From an uncultured Chloroflexia bacterium (lineage in GTDB: Bacteria > Chloroflexota > Anaerolineae > CG2-30-64-16): 64,000 nucleotides of DNA. Location of the stretch: contig CAWEMM010000011.1 in assembly GCA_963810095.1 (NCBI GenBank), forward strand, positions 128,001 to 192,000, written 5' to 3'. Every line of letters begins with the position of its first letter. Position 1 is the first letter of the stretch. The notes beneath the pieces are model-generated. The model was not told the DNA's origin. It was given only the letters and a program-made list of their open reading frames with translations, and ran no database searches. Positions 32,429 to 43,842 of this stretch are shown here, one piece after another. Both the position numbers and the translations under genes were made by a program.

Positions 32429-35272
32429 TCAGGCTGCGCGTGTCTCCATCCGAACCGCTCGATGCCGCACGTACAGCTTGGTCAGCTCGGCCGCAACCGA
32501 CGCCAGCAGCATGAACGGCAGCATCAGCAACCAGTCTGTCAGCGAGAGCGGTACGGTGCCGAAGACGTCCTGCAGAAACGGTACGTAGATTACGAGCAAC
32601 AGCAGGAAGAGCGACGCCCCCACCGCGTATTGCATCCACTTGTTTCCGAATACCCCGATCTTGAGCAGAGGATACCGTTCAGATCGCGCGGTATACGCTC
32701 GCAGCAGCTCGGATACAATCAGAGTCGCAAACGCGACCGTCCTGGCCCCGTCCTCCGTCCCAAAACGCCGAATCCCGATGAAGTAGTAGGATAGAAGCAC
32801 GGCGGCCGTCATCACAATCGCCTGGACGATAACGCCGAGCAGCATCTCTTGGTTGATGACAGGCTCTCGAGTGGGACGCGGTGGCCGGCCCATGATGTCC
32901 GGGTCGCCTTTCTCCAGGCCCAGCGCCAGCGCCGGCGCGCCATCCGTCACGAGGTTGAGCCAAAGCAGCTGGATCGGGCTCGAGCGGGATGGGCAATCCT
33001 GCCAGCATCGCCAGGAAGATGATCAGGATCTCGCCGATGTTGCACGAGATCAGGTAGAACACGAACTTGCGGATGTTCGAGTAGATCACCCGGCCTTCTT
33101 CGATGGCAGACACAATGCTTGCGTAATTGTCGTCCGTCAGCACCATGTCTGCCGTTTCCTTGGTCACGTCGGTGCCCGTGATGCCCATCGCCACGCCGAT
33201 GTTGGCACGCTTGAGCGCCGGCGCGTCGTTGACGCCGTCCCCCGTCATCGCCACAACATGGCCGCGCATCTTCAGCGCGTCGACGATCTTCATTTTGTGG
33301 GCCGGGGACACGCGGCGCGAACGCGTCGACGTGATCCACGACGTTCGCCAATTCCTCCTCGCTCATCTTGTCGAGTTCGGCGCCCGCGATGACACGGCCG
33401 CCCGGGCGAAAGCATTCCGATTTCCTCCGCGATGGCCGCGGCAGTGTCGGGGTAATCGCCGGTGACCATCACGCTCTTCAGGCCAGCGCGCTTGGCCGTC
33501 GCAACCGCCACCTTGACTTCTGGCCGGGCCGGGTCGATCATACCTAACAGGCCAAGAAACGTCAGGTTGCACTCGACAGTGTCAGGGCTGGGTTCGTCCG
33601 GCACCTCTGCGAGTGGCCGGCACGCGACGCCCAGGACGCGCAGTGCATCATGCCCCATGCCGCTGTTCGCCGCGAGGATGCGGTTCCGCAACTCGCCGTC
33701 GAGAGGCTGCGTCCCGCCGTCGACGATGATGTCGTTGCAGTATTGGAGCACGATGTCGGGCGCTCCTTTGACGAACGCGATGATTCCCGATTGCATGCCC
33801 CGATCCCGTTCGTCCTCCGGGTCATCAAGGTCGGAGAGGCCCATGCCCAGGTCGCCGGCAGCATGAATAGTGGTCATCCGCTTCCGGTCCGAGTCGAAGG
33901 GGATTTCCGCCACACGGGGCAACTCGCGTTCGAGGTCGCTCCGCCACAGGCCGGCTTTGCCTGCTGCGACGACGAGCGCGCCTTCCGTGGGGTCACCCAC
34001 GACGCGCCAGGTGCGCTTGCCCGCCTCCTCGCCGCTCACTTCCAGCTGGGCGTCATTACAGAGCAGAGCGCCGCGCAGCAGGAGCGCGGTCGCCGCATCG
34101 TTCGCAGGTGCAAAGGGCACGTCGCCCCGGTAGAACTGCCCTTCGGGTGTGTATCCCTCTCCCGATACCGCAAAGCTCCGCCCGCCTGCCCATCCCCGAA
34201 CTACGGTCATCTGGTTCTGCGTCAACGTACCGGTCTTGTCCGAGCAGATCACCGTCGCGCTGCCAAGCGTCTCGACTGCAGGCAGCTTGCGTATGAGCGC
34301 GTGGCGCGAGACCATACGCTGCATGCCCAGCGCAAGGCAGATCGTTACAACCGCGGGGAGTCCCTCGGGAACGGCAGCAATGGCGAGGCTGACGGCCGTC
34401 ATGAAGAGGCTGACGAGTTCGTCCTCGTGTGCGGTCAGATAGGAGCCGAACCCCTGCGACAGCGCCGTGCCGATCTCAGTATCGCGGATGACTCCATAGA
34501 TGAAGATGAAGCCACAGATGGCCAGCGAGATGATGCCGAGGGTCTTGCCCAACTGATCCAGCTTCTGCTGGAGCGGCGTGTCCTCCTCATCATAGGACTG
34601 GAGCATCTCGGCGATCATGCCGATCTGCGTCGTCATACCCGTGGACGTGACCACGCCCTTCCCCCGGCCATAGGTGATGAGCGTGCCCATAAAGGCGGAA
34701 TTCTTGCGATCGCCAAGGGGGATATCTGAGTCGAGCACAACGCGGGCATCTTTGTTGACCGGGACCGATTCACCCGTCAGCGAAGCCTCTTCGACCTTGA
34801 GATTGATGCTTTCGACCAACCGCAGATCGGCCGGCACGTAGTTGCCCGCTTCCAGCAGCACGATGTCGCCGGGGACCAGCTCCCGCGCTGGGATGCTTAT
34901 CTGCTGACCATCGCGGATGACCTGCGCGTTGGGTGCCGCCATCTTCTTCAACGCGGCGAGCGCCTGCTCGGCCTTCGACTCCTGCACGACGCCCAACACG
35001 GCGTTGAGCGTGATGATGGCGATGATTGCTAGCGCGTCGACTACTTCGCCGAGCAGCAGCGAGAGGATGGCCGCAACTATCAGGATAATGACCAGGAAGT
35101 TGTTGAACTGATCGAGCAGGAGCTTGAGGAAGCCCGGCCGCGGCTTCTCCTGTAGCTCGTTCGGCCCGTAGCGTTCGAGGCGCGCCTTTGCCTCCTGGGT
35201 CGTCAGGCCCTCGTGAAAGTGCGACCCGAGGTCCGCGATCGCCTGCGCGACCGGCAATGAATGAGGTGACAT
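32429..35272 (-). CDS. Cation-translocating P-type ATPase (type IIA, Ca2+-like), frameshifts ~33405, ~33315 and ~32980
   Basis: [44 protein letters not shown]. Confidence 0.95.
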
Positions 35273-35358
35273 GAGTCCTCCGCCCGTTGCCACAGCGAGC
35301 ACAGGGACAACCGTGGACCAGGGTCCAACGCCTCTGCGCCCTCCGTGGGAAGAAAACG

Positions 35359-37911
35359 CTATCTGAATGCGCCGGGATTGAATCGGCCCGCCGGGTCCCA
35401 CTTCGCCTTAAGGCCGCGCATGAGGTCGACTCCCTCGGGTGCGCAGCCCCACCGGTCCTGGCGGCTTTGTCCGGCCACCACGATGCTGTATCCACCCAGC
35501 TTCTCGGCGGGCGGTCGCAGCGCCGACCCGTCGCCCCAGGTGTAGACCAGGCCGCTGGCCATGTCGGCCAGGAAGGGCTCGTTCGCCATCTGCGGCGCGA
35601 CCTCGACCAGCCACCGACCCAGGTCCTTCGGCGCGACCCCGGTGCGCACGATTATGTCCGAGCCCGCGCAGTACAACCAGTTGGCCCACAGGTCGCTGCC
35701 CGACACCGACTCCAGTTCGAGGGGCTCGGCGCGCGGGCGGCCCCAAGGACAGAGCGGACCTGCTTCAGCTCCGCATCGACGTCCTCGTCGACCCCTTCGG
35801 CCGTGTAGATGAGCGTGTAAGGCGCGTCCAGATCCTCTGTCTCGCACCCTTTGCAGAGCAGCAGCGCGGAGGCAACCAGGCACACGGGCAGCAGCTGGCT
35901 CCCGAGCATGAGCCCTTCGCTCAGCGTCTGGAGGGGGACAACCAGGCTGACCCGGCTGCGGGGCGCGGGCAGCAGCTTCAGCGAGATGTCGGTCATCAGG
36001 CCCAGCGTGCCGTGCGCGCCCACCTCCAGCTTCGGCAGATCGTAGCCCGCGACGTTCTTGACCACGGGCCTCCCCGCCCTGACGACCCGGCCATCAGGCA
36101 TGACGACGGTCATCGCCAACAGCAGGTCTCGGATTGCGCCGTAACGCATCCGCAGCGGCGCGTTGAAGTTTGCCGCAACAATACCGCCAACGGTCGCCTC
36201 GGGCCAGGGAGAAACAAGGGGGGTCCACACCTTGTCGCGGGCCAGCTGCGCCTGTAACTGCGCCAGCGGCGTGCCCGCGCCCACCGTCACGAACAAATCC
36301 TTCAGCTCGTAAGCCTGGATGCCGCAGAGCTCGTGCGTGGAGAGGACCACATCCGCGGGAGGGAGCGCGGCCGACTTGGTGCCGCCGCCACGAATGCGTA
36401 CGCTGCGACCCTGGGCATGCCAAGAACGCAGCACGCCGGCCGCAGCCTCCACGCCGGCCGGCGCGTACTCGAGACCGTCGCGCGCCGGCGGGGGTCCCCT
36501 CGACTGCAGCGGGAGGCGGCGCGGCAAGCTCGGGGAGGATTTTGCCGGGGTTCATGAGATTCCGCGGGTCAAACACGTCCTTGACGTCCTGCATGACCTG
36601 CAGCTCGTCGTCATTGAACATCAGGCGCATGTACTGGCGCTTCTCGCTGCCCACGCCGTGCTCGCCCGTAATTGTGCCGCCGATCTCGACGCACAGCTTC
36701 ATCACTTCCTGCCCCGCCTCATGGACGCGCTGCACCATCCCGGCGTCCTGGGGGTTGAACAGAAGCAGCGGATGGAGGTTGCCGTCGCCGGCGTGAAAAA
36801 CGTACCCGACGCGCAGGTCGTACGAGGCGCAGATTCGGTTGATTGCAGACAGGGTGTGGGCGAGCTTGGAGCGGGGCACGGTTCCGTCCACGATCAGGTA
36901 CGCGGGACTGATCTGCGCGATCGCGCCAAATGCGCTCTTGCGTGCGAACCAAATCTTGTCGCGCTCGGCCTGGTTCTGCGCGAGGCGCAGCTCGCGTGCG
37001 CCCTGCGCCTGCATGACCTCCACGATCTCCGCCATCTGCGGCTCGAGGCTGGCCGGGTGGCCGTCCGCCTCGACGATCAGGAGCGCCTCGGCGTCGACGG
37101 GCAGGCCGGCATGAACGTAGTTCTCGACGATGCCGATCATCGTCTTGTCCATCATCTCCAGGGTCGCCGGTACGAGACCCCGGCTGATGACTGCCGAGAC
37201 CGCTTCCCCCGCAGTCTCGACCGAGTCAAAAATCGCCATCAGCGTCTTGATGCCCGGCACATTCCGCATCAGCCGGAGCCGGGCCTCGGTGATGATCCCC
37301 AGCGTGCCTTCCGACCCGACGAGCAGGCCCGTCAGGTCGTACTCGGGGTAGTCGTACGCCTGGCCGCCTGTGTGCAGCACCCGGCCATCGGCCAGCACGG
37401 TTTCCAGGCCCAGGACGTAGTTGGTCGTGACGCCATACTTGAAGCAGTGGGGACCGCCCGCGTTCTCGGCCAGGTTTCCGCCGATGGTGCATGCCCGCCC
37501 ACTGGCGGGGTCGGGCGGATAGTACAGTCCCTTCGTCTTGACGTACTCGTCCAGGTTCAGGTGGACAAGACCGGGCTGGACCACGACGGAACGGCCGGCT
37601 TCGTCGGTTTCTACCACAGCCTTCATCCGCGCGAGCGAAACCATCACCCCGCCTTCGGGCGCGACGGCGCCGCCGCTGAGCCCGGTGCCCGCGCCCCGCG
37701 CAATCAACGGGATGCCCCGCGCCGCGGCCCACTGAACGATTCGCCTGACATCCTCCGTGCTCCGAGGCAGGAGGACGCCCTGCACTTCGCCCGACCCCAG
37801 GCTGCCGTCGACCTCGTACGGGATCAGCTCGATCGGATTTGTCAGGATAGACTCTTTGGGCAGCGCGGCCTGCAGGGCCTTCCAATCTTCGGAAGTAACC
37901 GTTCTGTGCAT
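35359..37911 (-). CDS. glcD: FAD-linked oxidase, GlcD domain apparently fused to a GlcE-like domain, frameshifts ~36490 and ~35750
   Basis: RGAGTGLSGG, PPDPAS, ENAGGPHCFKYGVT, HAGDGNLH, GEHGVG and NPGKI, then without a stop RGGGTK, VVKNVAGYDL and LKAKWDPAGRFNPG. Confidence 0.82.
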
Positions 37912-37926
37912 CTGCGGTCTCCTGTT

Positions 37927-39249
37927 TCAGTCGCCCGACGATCCGTTGGCGCTGCGATATGACATGTCCAGCAGCTCGACCACGTGCAGCACGCGCACAG
38001 CCCGGCCGTTTGCGGTCAGACCCGCCCGCCGCACACCCGCCAGGAGCTGCATGTGACAGCCCGTGTTGCTTGCGACGACGATCTCTGCGCCCGTTGCCTT
38101 GATATCGGCCATCTTTGCGTCCAACACCTGGTCGGCCGTCTCCGAATGGACAATGTTGTAGACTCCGGCGCTGCCGCAGCAGCGGTCCGGCTGCCGTAGC
38201 TCGACCAATTCGAGCCCCGGAATCAGCCGTAGGAGCGCGCGCGGCTGCCGCACCACCTTCTGGGCATGGCGCAGATGGCAGGAGTCAGAATAGGTGACGC
38301 GCGCCTTGATGACGCCGGTTGGCGGCTGGGCCAGGTTGTCGAGGAGGAACTCGCTGATGTCCCTGACCTTCCGGCCGAAGGCCCGCGCCTTGGCAGCATA
38401 TACGGGATCATCTTGTAACAGGTCCTCATACTCATCCTTGAGCGTCGCGCCGCAGCCCCCCGCATTGTTGACGATCACGTCGTAGCGTTCGAATGCGTCG
38501 ATATTCCGGCGGGCAAGGTCGCGCGCCAGTGCCTCGTCGCCGACGTGCAGCTGGGCCGCGCCGCAACAGGTCTGCCCGGGGGGAAAGTGCACCTCGAAGC
38601 CGTTGCGCTGCAGCACGCGAATCGTCGCCTCGTTCACGGAGTTGAGGAACGCCTCCTGGATGCAGCCGATGAAGAAGGCCACCTCGCCACGCTTCTGTCC
38701 CGTTGCCGCCGCCGGTTTGCCGTAGTCGCGATAGCGGGTGGGGATGACAGGCAAGATCGCTTCCGCGGCTTGGAGCGGCCTTGGCAGCATCCCCGTCCGG
38801 CGGACCACTTTCTGCACGCCGGTTGCCTCATAAACCTTGAGCACCCGGGCCGCCGCCTTGAGCCGGCCTACGTGGGGCATCGACTGCTTGAGCGTCAGCC
38901 AGCGCAGCGCGCGCTCCCCGGCGCCCTGCTTTCGATGGTGCTCCAGCGCGAACTTGGTCGTCTCGATCAATTTGCCGTACTTGACCCCGGATGGGCAAGC
39001 AGTCTGGCAGGAGAGGCAGGAAAGGCACAGGTTGATGTGCCGCGAAAAGGTATCTTCGAGTTCACCGGGGCTAATTCGGCCCTCGGAGGCAGCGCGCATC
39101 AACGAAATACGCCCGCGCGGCGCGTCCATCTCCGTTCCCAAGACGTCATAGGTCGGACAAGCCTGCAGGCACAAACCACAGTGGATGCACTGGCCGACAA
39201 GGGTCTTGAAGCGGGGATCGCCGAGCTCCGGTAGAACGGCTTCGTTCAT
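37927..39249 (-). CDS. glcF: Glycolate/lactate oxidase Fe-S subunit
   Basis: CIHCGLCLQACP, CLSCLSCQTACP and two CCG domains (TCCGA, RCCGSAG). Confidence 0.92.
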   Translation of the reverse strand: MNEAVLPELGDPRFKTLVGQCIHCGLCLQACPTYDVLGTEMDAPRGRISLMRAASEGRISPGELEDTFSRHINLCLSCLSCQTACPSGVKYGKLIETTKFALEHHRKQGAGERALRWLTLKQSMPHVGRLKAAARVLKVYEATGVQKVVRRTGMLPRPLQAAEAILPVIPTRYRDYGKPAAATGQKRGEVAFFIGCIQEAFLNSVNEATIRVLQRNGFEVHFPPGQTCCGAAQLHVGDEALARDLARRNIDAFERYDVIVNNAGGCGATLKDEYEDLLQDDPVYAAKARAFGRKVRDISEFLLDNLAQPPTGVIKARVTYSDSCHLRHAQKVVRQPRALLRLIPGLELVELRQPDRCCGSAGVYNIVHSETADQVLDAKMADIKATGAEIVVASNTGCHMQLLAGVRRAGLTANGRAVRVLHVVELLDMSYRSANGSSGD

Positions 39250-39644
39250 GCTGCGCTCCTTTTGTTTCGCATCGCCCCTTGCGGCGGGGCCCGAGGACAT
39301 CATTTCTGCGCTGCACGCACACGAGTCGCTTCCCTGAGGTTGGGTCCGGCAGGGAACTGAGTCGACTCGAAACCGGCGTACCGCTGTCGTGGCCGCAATG
39401 CCCATTATACACGGGTCAGCCGCTCGGAAAAGTAGCGGGCAGGCGAGCCGGGAAATCCCTGAAGTCCGCCAGTGCTCCAGGCCGCACCCCAGGCGCGGGG
39501 GCCGCGGGAACGCGAGCGACCGCCAAAGCCTCGACTCCTGCTTGATCCGAGGCTGCCGTCCCGCCCGCAACTTGCTTGACACGTCTCTTGTGCACGGGTA
39601 CACTCAGCGCAGCGACAAACGAAAGGACAAGAGCAAGCAGAGAT

Positions 39645-40073
39645 ATGTCTGACGGCGCAAACAACGAGTGCCGCTGCGGAGGCCCGAGGGAAATCCTCAC
39701 CCATCTCGTCGACGAAGACCTGCTGGAGCTGAAGCCAGGCGAGCGGCTTTGGAAGCTGTACTGCTTCCGGGAAGCGGAACACCCTTCGGCGCTGCGGCAC
39801 CGGATCTACACGAAGGAAAAGGTCGACGGCAGGCTGGCATTACTGACCTTCGCAGTGCATAACCCACCGCGGGAGGACCGCGCTGTGGCCGAGCCGCCGG
39901 CGGTCCGCTCGGCGCTGGCGCGGGTGCCCGACCTCTCGACCGAAGATTTGGAGCGGTTGATCTCGGCCGTGCGCATGCAGAGCGGCGCGCACGGGTGTGA
40001 AGAGCTGGACCTTTCGAGCCGTGGGCGGCTCGACGATCAGATTGCGGCGCTCCAGGCCCGCAGCGAGGGTTGA
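39645..40073 (+). CDS. Hypothetical protein
   Basis: 142-aa ORF with typical codon usage directly upstream of dgt. No family recognised. Confidence 0.6.
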   Translation: MSDGANNECRCGGPREILTHLVDEDLLELKPGERLWKLYCFREAEHPSALRHRIYTKEKVDGRLALLTFAVHNPPREDRAVAEPPAVRSALARVPDLSTEDLERLISAVRMQSGAHGCEELDLSSRGRLDDQIAALQARSEG

Positions 40074-40104
40074 GCCTGGCCTGAGCAACTGAAGGAGGCC
40101 GGCG

Positions 40105-41256
40105 ATGTTCCTAAGCCGTGAAGAGATCGAGATTCGCGAGCGTACATTTCTGGCCCCGTACGCGGTCAGCAGCGGCTCGAGCCGGGGCCGGGCCTACCCC
40201 GAAGAAGAGCACCCCTATCGCTCCGCCTTCCAGCGCGACCGCGACCGCATCATCCACACGACCGCCTTCCGCCGCCTCGATTACAAGACCCAGGTTTTCG
40301 TCTACCACGAAGGGGATCACTACCGCAACCGGTTGACTCACACGATCGAGGTGGCGCAGATCGGCCGCAGCATGGCACGCGCGCTCGGCGCCAATGAAGA
40401 TTTGACCGAAGCGATCTGCCTGGCGCATGACCTGGGGCACCCGGCGTTTGGTCACACGGGCGAAGCGACGCTCAACCAACTGATGGCCGGCCACGGTGGG
40501 TTCGACCACCAGCGCCAGACGATGCGGATCGTCAGCGTGCTGGAGGACCGCTACGAGGGCTTCCCCGGCCTCAACCTGACTTACGAGGTACGCGAGGGCA
40601 TCGTCAAGCACGACACCGACTATGACGTGACCGATGCGACGGGCTACGAGCCCGAGGCAGCAGGCAGCCTGGAATGCCAGATCAGCAACCTGGCGGACGA
40701 GATCGCCTACAACGCGGCCGACCTCGAAGACGGCCTGCGCAGCGGTGTGCTCGACTATCTACAGGTGCGCGATCTGGGGGTGTGGCAGAGTGTAATGAGG
40801 TCGCTGGGCGAGACCGCCGGCTGCAGCCTCGAGGACAAGCTGCGCACCCGGGTGATCCGTCGGCTGATCGGCCTGGAGATCACCGATGCCATCAGCGCAA
40901 CGGCCACCGCGATCGGCGTGCGCGACCTGGGCTCGGTCCACGCTGTCCGCAGCGTGGGGTGCAACGTGGCGGGCTTCTCCGAGGAATTGCAGGAATTGAA
41001 CGTCGAACTCAAAGCGTTCTTGATGAAAAACTTCTACCGCCACCCGCGGGTGGTGCGGATGGCCTACAAAGCAAACCACATGCTGACGGCCCTCTTCAAC
41101 GCCTACGTAGAGGAACCCCGCCAGCTGCCCCGCGAAATCCAGGCCCGCATGGTCGAGCAGCCCCACCGGGTCATTTGCGACTATATCGCCGGCATGACCG
41201 ACCGCTTCGCCATCCTCGAGCACCAGCGTCTCTTCGACCCCGAAGCGCGGGTCTAG
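40105..41256 (+). CDS. dgt: Deoxyguanosinetriphosphate triphosphohydrolase
   Basis: FQRDRDRIIH..AFRRL..KTQVF, RLTHTIEV, AHDLGHPAFGH.GE, DYIAGMTD. Confidence 0.96.
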   Translation: MFLSREEIEIRERTFLAPYAVSSGSSRGRAYPEEEHPYRSAFQRDRDRIIHTTAFRRLDYKTQVFVYHEGDHYRNRLTHTIEVAQIGRSMARALGANEDLTEAICLAHDLGHPAFGHTGEATLNQLMAGHGGFDHQRQTMRIVSVLEDRYEGFPGLNLTYEVREGIVKHDTDYDVTDATGYEPEAAGSLECQISNLADEIAYNAADLEDGLRSGVLDYLQVRDLGVWQSVMRSLGETAGCSLEDKLRTRVIRRLIGLEITDAISATATAIGVRDLGSVHAVRSVGCNVAGFSEELQELNVELKAFLMKNFYRHPRVVRMAYKANHMLTALFNAYVEEPRQLPREIQARMVEQPHRVICDYIAGMTDRFAILEHQRLFDPEARV

Positions 41257-41261
41257 ATGTC

Positions 41262-41333
41262 ACCACTAAGACACAAAGACACGCAAGCTTCACGAAGGCT
41301 TTGTGCCGTTTCGTGTCTTGGTGTCTTTGTGGT
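41262..41333. repeat. REP-like imperfect palindrome of 8-bp units (accac.aagacac.aag family)
   Basis: accactaagacacaaagacacg...cgtgtcttggtgtctttgtggt between convergent genes, related to 50965-51038. Confidence 0.75.
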
Positions 41334-41344
41334 AAGCGAGCGGT

Positions 41345-42621
41345 TTACGAGCGGCGGTACACGGTCATCTTGACTTGCAGGTCCGCGTAGACGCCACGGA
41401 CCGGCTCGGCCTCGGCGTAGGAAACCTTCTCGACGCGGCCCCGCAGCAAGAGGTCATGACTGGCCAGCTCGAACTCCGTACCCGGCCGCACCGCGACGGC
41501 CTGGTGCTCGCCCGAGTACTGCGAGCGCAGCGCGGTGTCGCGGTAGGCGCCTTCGCTCATCAAGACCAGTGTCTGCGTGTCCGGATCGCTCGAGTCCCAC
41601 AGCCACACCTGCAACGCCACTGCCTGGTCACGATCTCGCCCAAACGGCTCGATCAACTGCAGGCCGCATTGGCCCATGTAGCCGTCGACGGGGTCGTTGA
41701 TATCGAACGCCTCATCATAATCCGGCTCGCCCATCTGATACATGGCCGTATTCTGTACGAGCACCTGGAGACCTGCCGTCGGCCGGGCCGGCGGAACGGC
41801 AGCCGGAGGCGGAGTCCGCATGTCTGGCGGCTCGACAGGGGTCGTGTTAACCGGGCCGACCGGGCGAGGCGCGGCCGTGGGCGGGGTCACGGGCGTCGCA
41901 GGCTCCTGGCCATTGTTCTCGTAGGAGGAACTGGTGCGCGGCGCAGGCCGAACGGAGTCCCCGGGCGTCGTCTCCTCCCACTGATAGGCCGCGGGGCTGA
42001 GCGGCCGCGCCTTCTCCTGCTCGGCAGCCACGGCCGCAGTCGAGGCGGTAGTCAAGGGGCTGTAGTCGGGCGCTAGCGCCTCTTCCTCGCGCTGCCGCGT
42101 CGCGCGCCACCGCAGGAAGAGATAGGCAATCAGCGCCGCGGCCCCCAGCGCCAGCAGCAGGAAGATGCCCGCTGTGCAGATCTGGCGCAGCCTGGACGGC
42201 TGTGCAGCCGTCGTGTTCGCGGGGGCAGGTTCCGCGGGAACCGGCTGGCCTGCCTGCCCTGCAACCGCACCGGGCCCGGCCTGGGTGGCCTTGAGCGCCA
42301 CCGCAAGCGCCTGGACGTTGGTTGCCCCCGCGGATCGCGCGCAACGAGGACCTGTTGCGTGTCGGCCAGTAGCGCCGCCAGGTCTTGCTCCGACCATCCG
42401 CTCAGCCGCTGCCGGGCCACGTCAAGATTGCGCGTCTGAGCGTATGACTCGGCAACCATTGTTACGTACTGCTGGCGAAGATCAGGGCGCAGATCCTGGA
42501 CCGTCGCGTTGGTCCACGTCACCGGCCAGACGCCCCAGCCGAGGACGACCAACCCGATCAGCAGCCCGACGACAAAGGCGATCGCAGCCCAGAAATACCA
42601 GGGACGCCCATTTGCACCCAT
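41345..42621 (-). CDS. Hypothetical two-TM membrane protein with Pro-rich linker, frameshift ~42340
   Basis: N-terminal TM ...GWGVWPVTW (42130..42621), second TM and C-terminal globular domain (YDEAFDI...MGQCG...VWLWD) in 41345..42397. RBS GAGGAGG. Confidence 0.7.
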
Positions 42622-42708
42622 GCCACCCTCCTCGCGTAAGGCAGGCCGCCCGCACCCATCTCCGCGCCCACCAGGTGACGCGCGAGCAGCTGACGGATCA
42701 AACGCTCA

Positions 42709-43809
42709 TTAGATAATAGGGTTTTTTGGCGCGCAAGTCAAGACCTCTGCGCCGTTCTCCGTAATCAGCACGATATCTTCGATGCGCACCCCGCCCCAAC
42801 CGGGAACGTAGATGCCCGGCTCAATCGTGATGAGCATCCCGGCCTCGATGCTGGCGCTCGACGTGCGCGACATCAGCGGCGTCTCGTGGATTTCGAGCCC
42901 CACGCCGTGGCCCAGGCCGTGGCCGAACAGATCGGCATAACCTGCCTCGGCGATCACATCGCGCGCCAGCGCATCCGCAGCGACTGCGCTCAGGCCCGGC
43001 CGGATCCCTGCCTCGGCTGCGACCTGCGCCCGCAGCACCGTGTTGTAGACCGCCCAGAATCGCTCGGGGTCGTTGGGCTGGCCGAAGCAAACCGTCCGGG
43101 TCAGGTCGCCGTGGTATCCGTCGACCTCCGCGCCGATGTCGATCACGATGGGCTCGCCAGCCCGCAGCGGCGCATCGCCGGGCCGGGCATGAGGCAGCGC
43201 ACCGTTCGGCCCACCGGCCACGATCAGCTCGAACGCGACTGCATGCGCGCCGTGCGTGCGCATATAGCTCTCGATGCTCCACGACAGGTCGAGCTCGGTC
43301 ATGCCCGGCCTGGCGTCTGCCAACGCGGCCGCCAGGGCCTCGTCCGTCAGCGCGATCGCCCGGCGCAGCGCTGCGACCTCGGCTTCGTCCTTGATCGCCC
43401 GCAGCCCTTGCACCACCTGGCCGGTGGGCACCCACTCGACACCCGGAGCGGCCGCCTTCCAGCCTTCGAGCGCGGCGACGGTGGCGTGATCCGCTTCGAA
43501 CCCCAAGCGCGACACCCCGGCCGTCTCCAGCATCTGGGGCAGGACTTCCTCTAGCTTGCTCTTGATACGGACCAGCTCGAAATGCGGCGATTGCTGGCTC
43601 ACCTGCTCGTAGTAGCGGAAATCGGTGGCGATTAGTGCGTGGGAGGCAGAAATGAGAAGCGTGCCCGCCGAGCCCGTAAAGCCGCTCAGATAACGGCGAT
43701 TCTCGGGCTGCGACACCAGCAGTCCATCGATACCGAGTTCGCCCAGCAGGGCGCGCACCTTGCCCAGGCGCCCGTTCATGGCCAATGCGCCGGAAGTTGG
43801 AGACGACAT
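42709..43809 (-). CDS. Xaa-Pro aminopeptidase (M24 family)
   Basis: NRRYLSGFTGS, IDIGA..GY.GDLTRT, HGLGHGVGLEIHE, TIEPGIY, GVRIED. Confidence 0.95.
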   Translation of the reverse strand: MSSPTSGALAMNGRLGKVRALLGELGIDGLLVSQPENRRYLSGFTGSAGTLLISASHALIATDFRYYEQVSQQSPHFELVRIKSKLEEVLPQMLETAGVSRLGFEADHATVAALEGWKAAAPGVEWVPTGQVVQGLRAIKDEAEVAALRRAIALTDEALAAALADARPGMTELDLSWSIESYMRTHGAHAVAFELIVAGGPNGALPHARPGDAPLRAGEPIVIDIGAEVDGYHGDLTRTVCFGQPNDPERFWAVYNTVLRAQVAAEAGIRPGLSAVAADALARDVIAEAGYADLFGHGLGHGVGLEIHETPLMSRTSSASIEAGMLITIEPGIYVPGWGGVRIEDIVLITENGAEVLTCAPKNPII

Positions 43810-43842
43810 TGTTGATCCCTTCGCGCTTCAGGTCAGGTGGCG

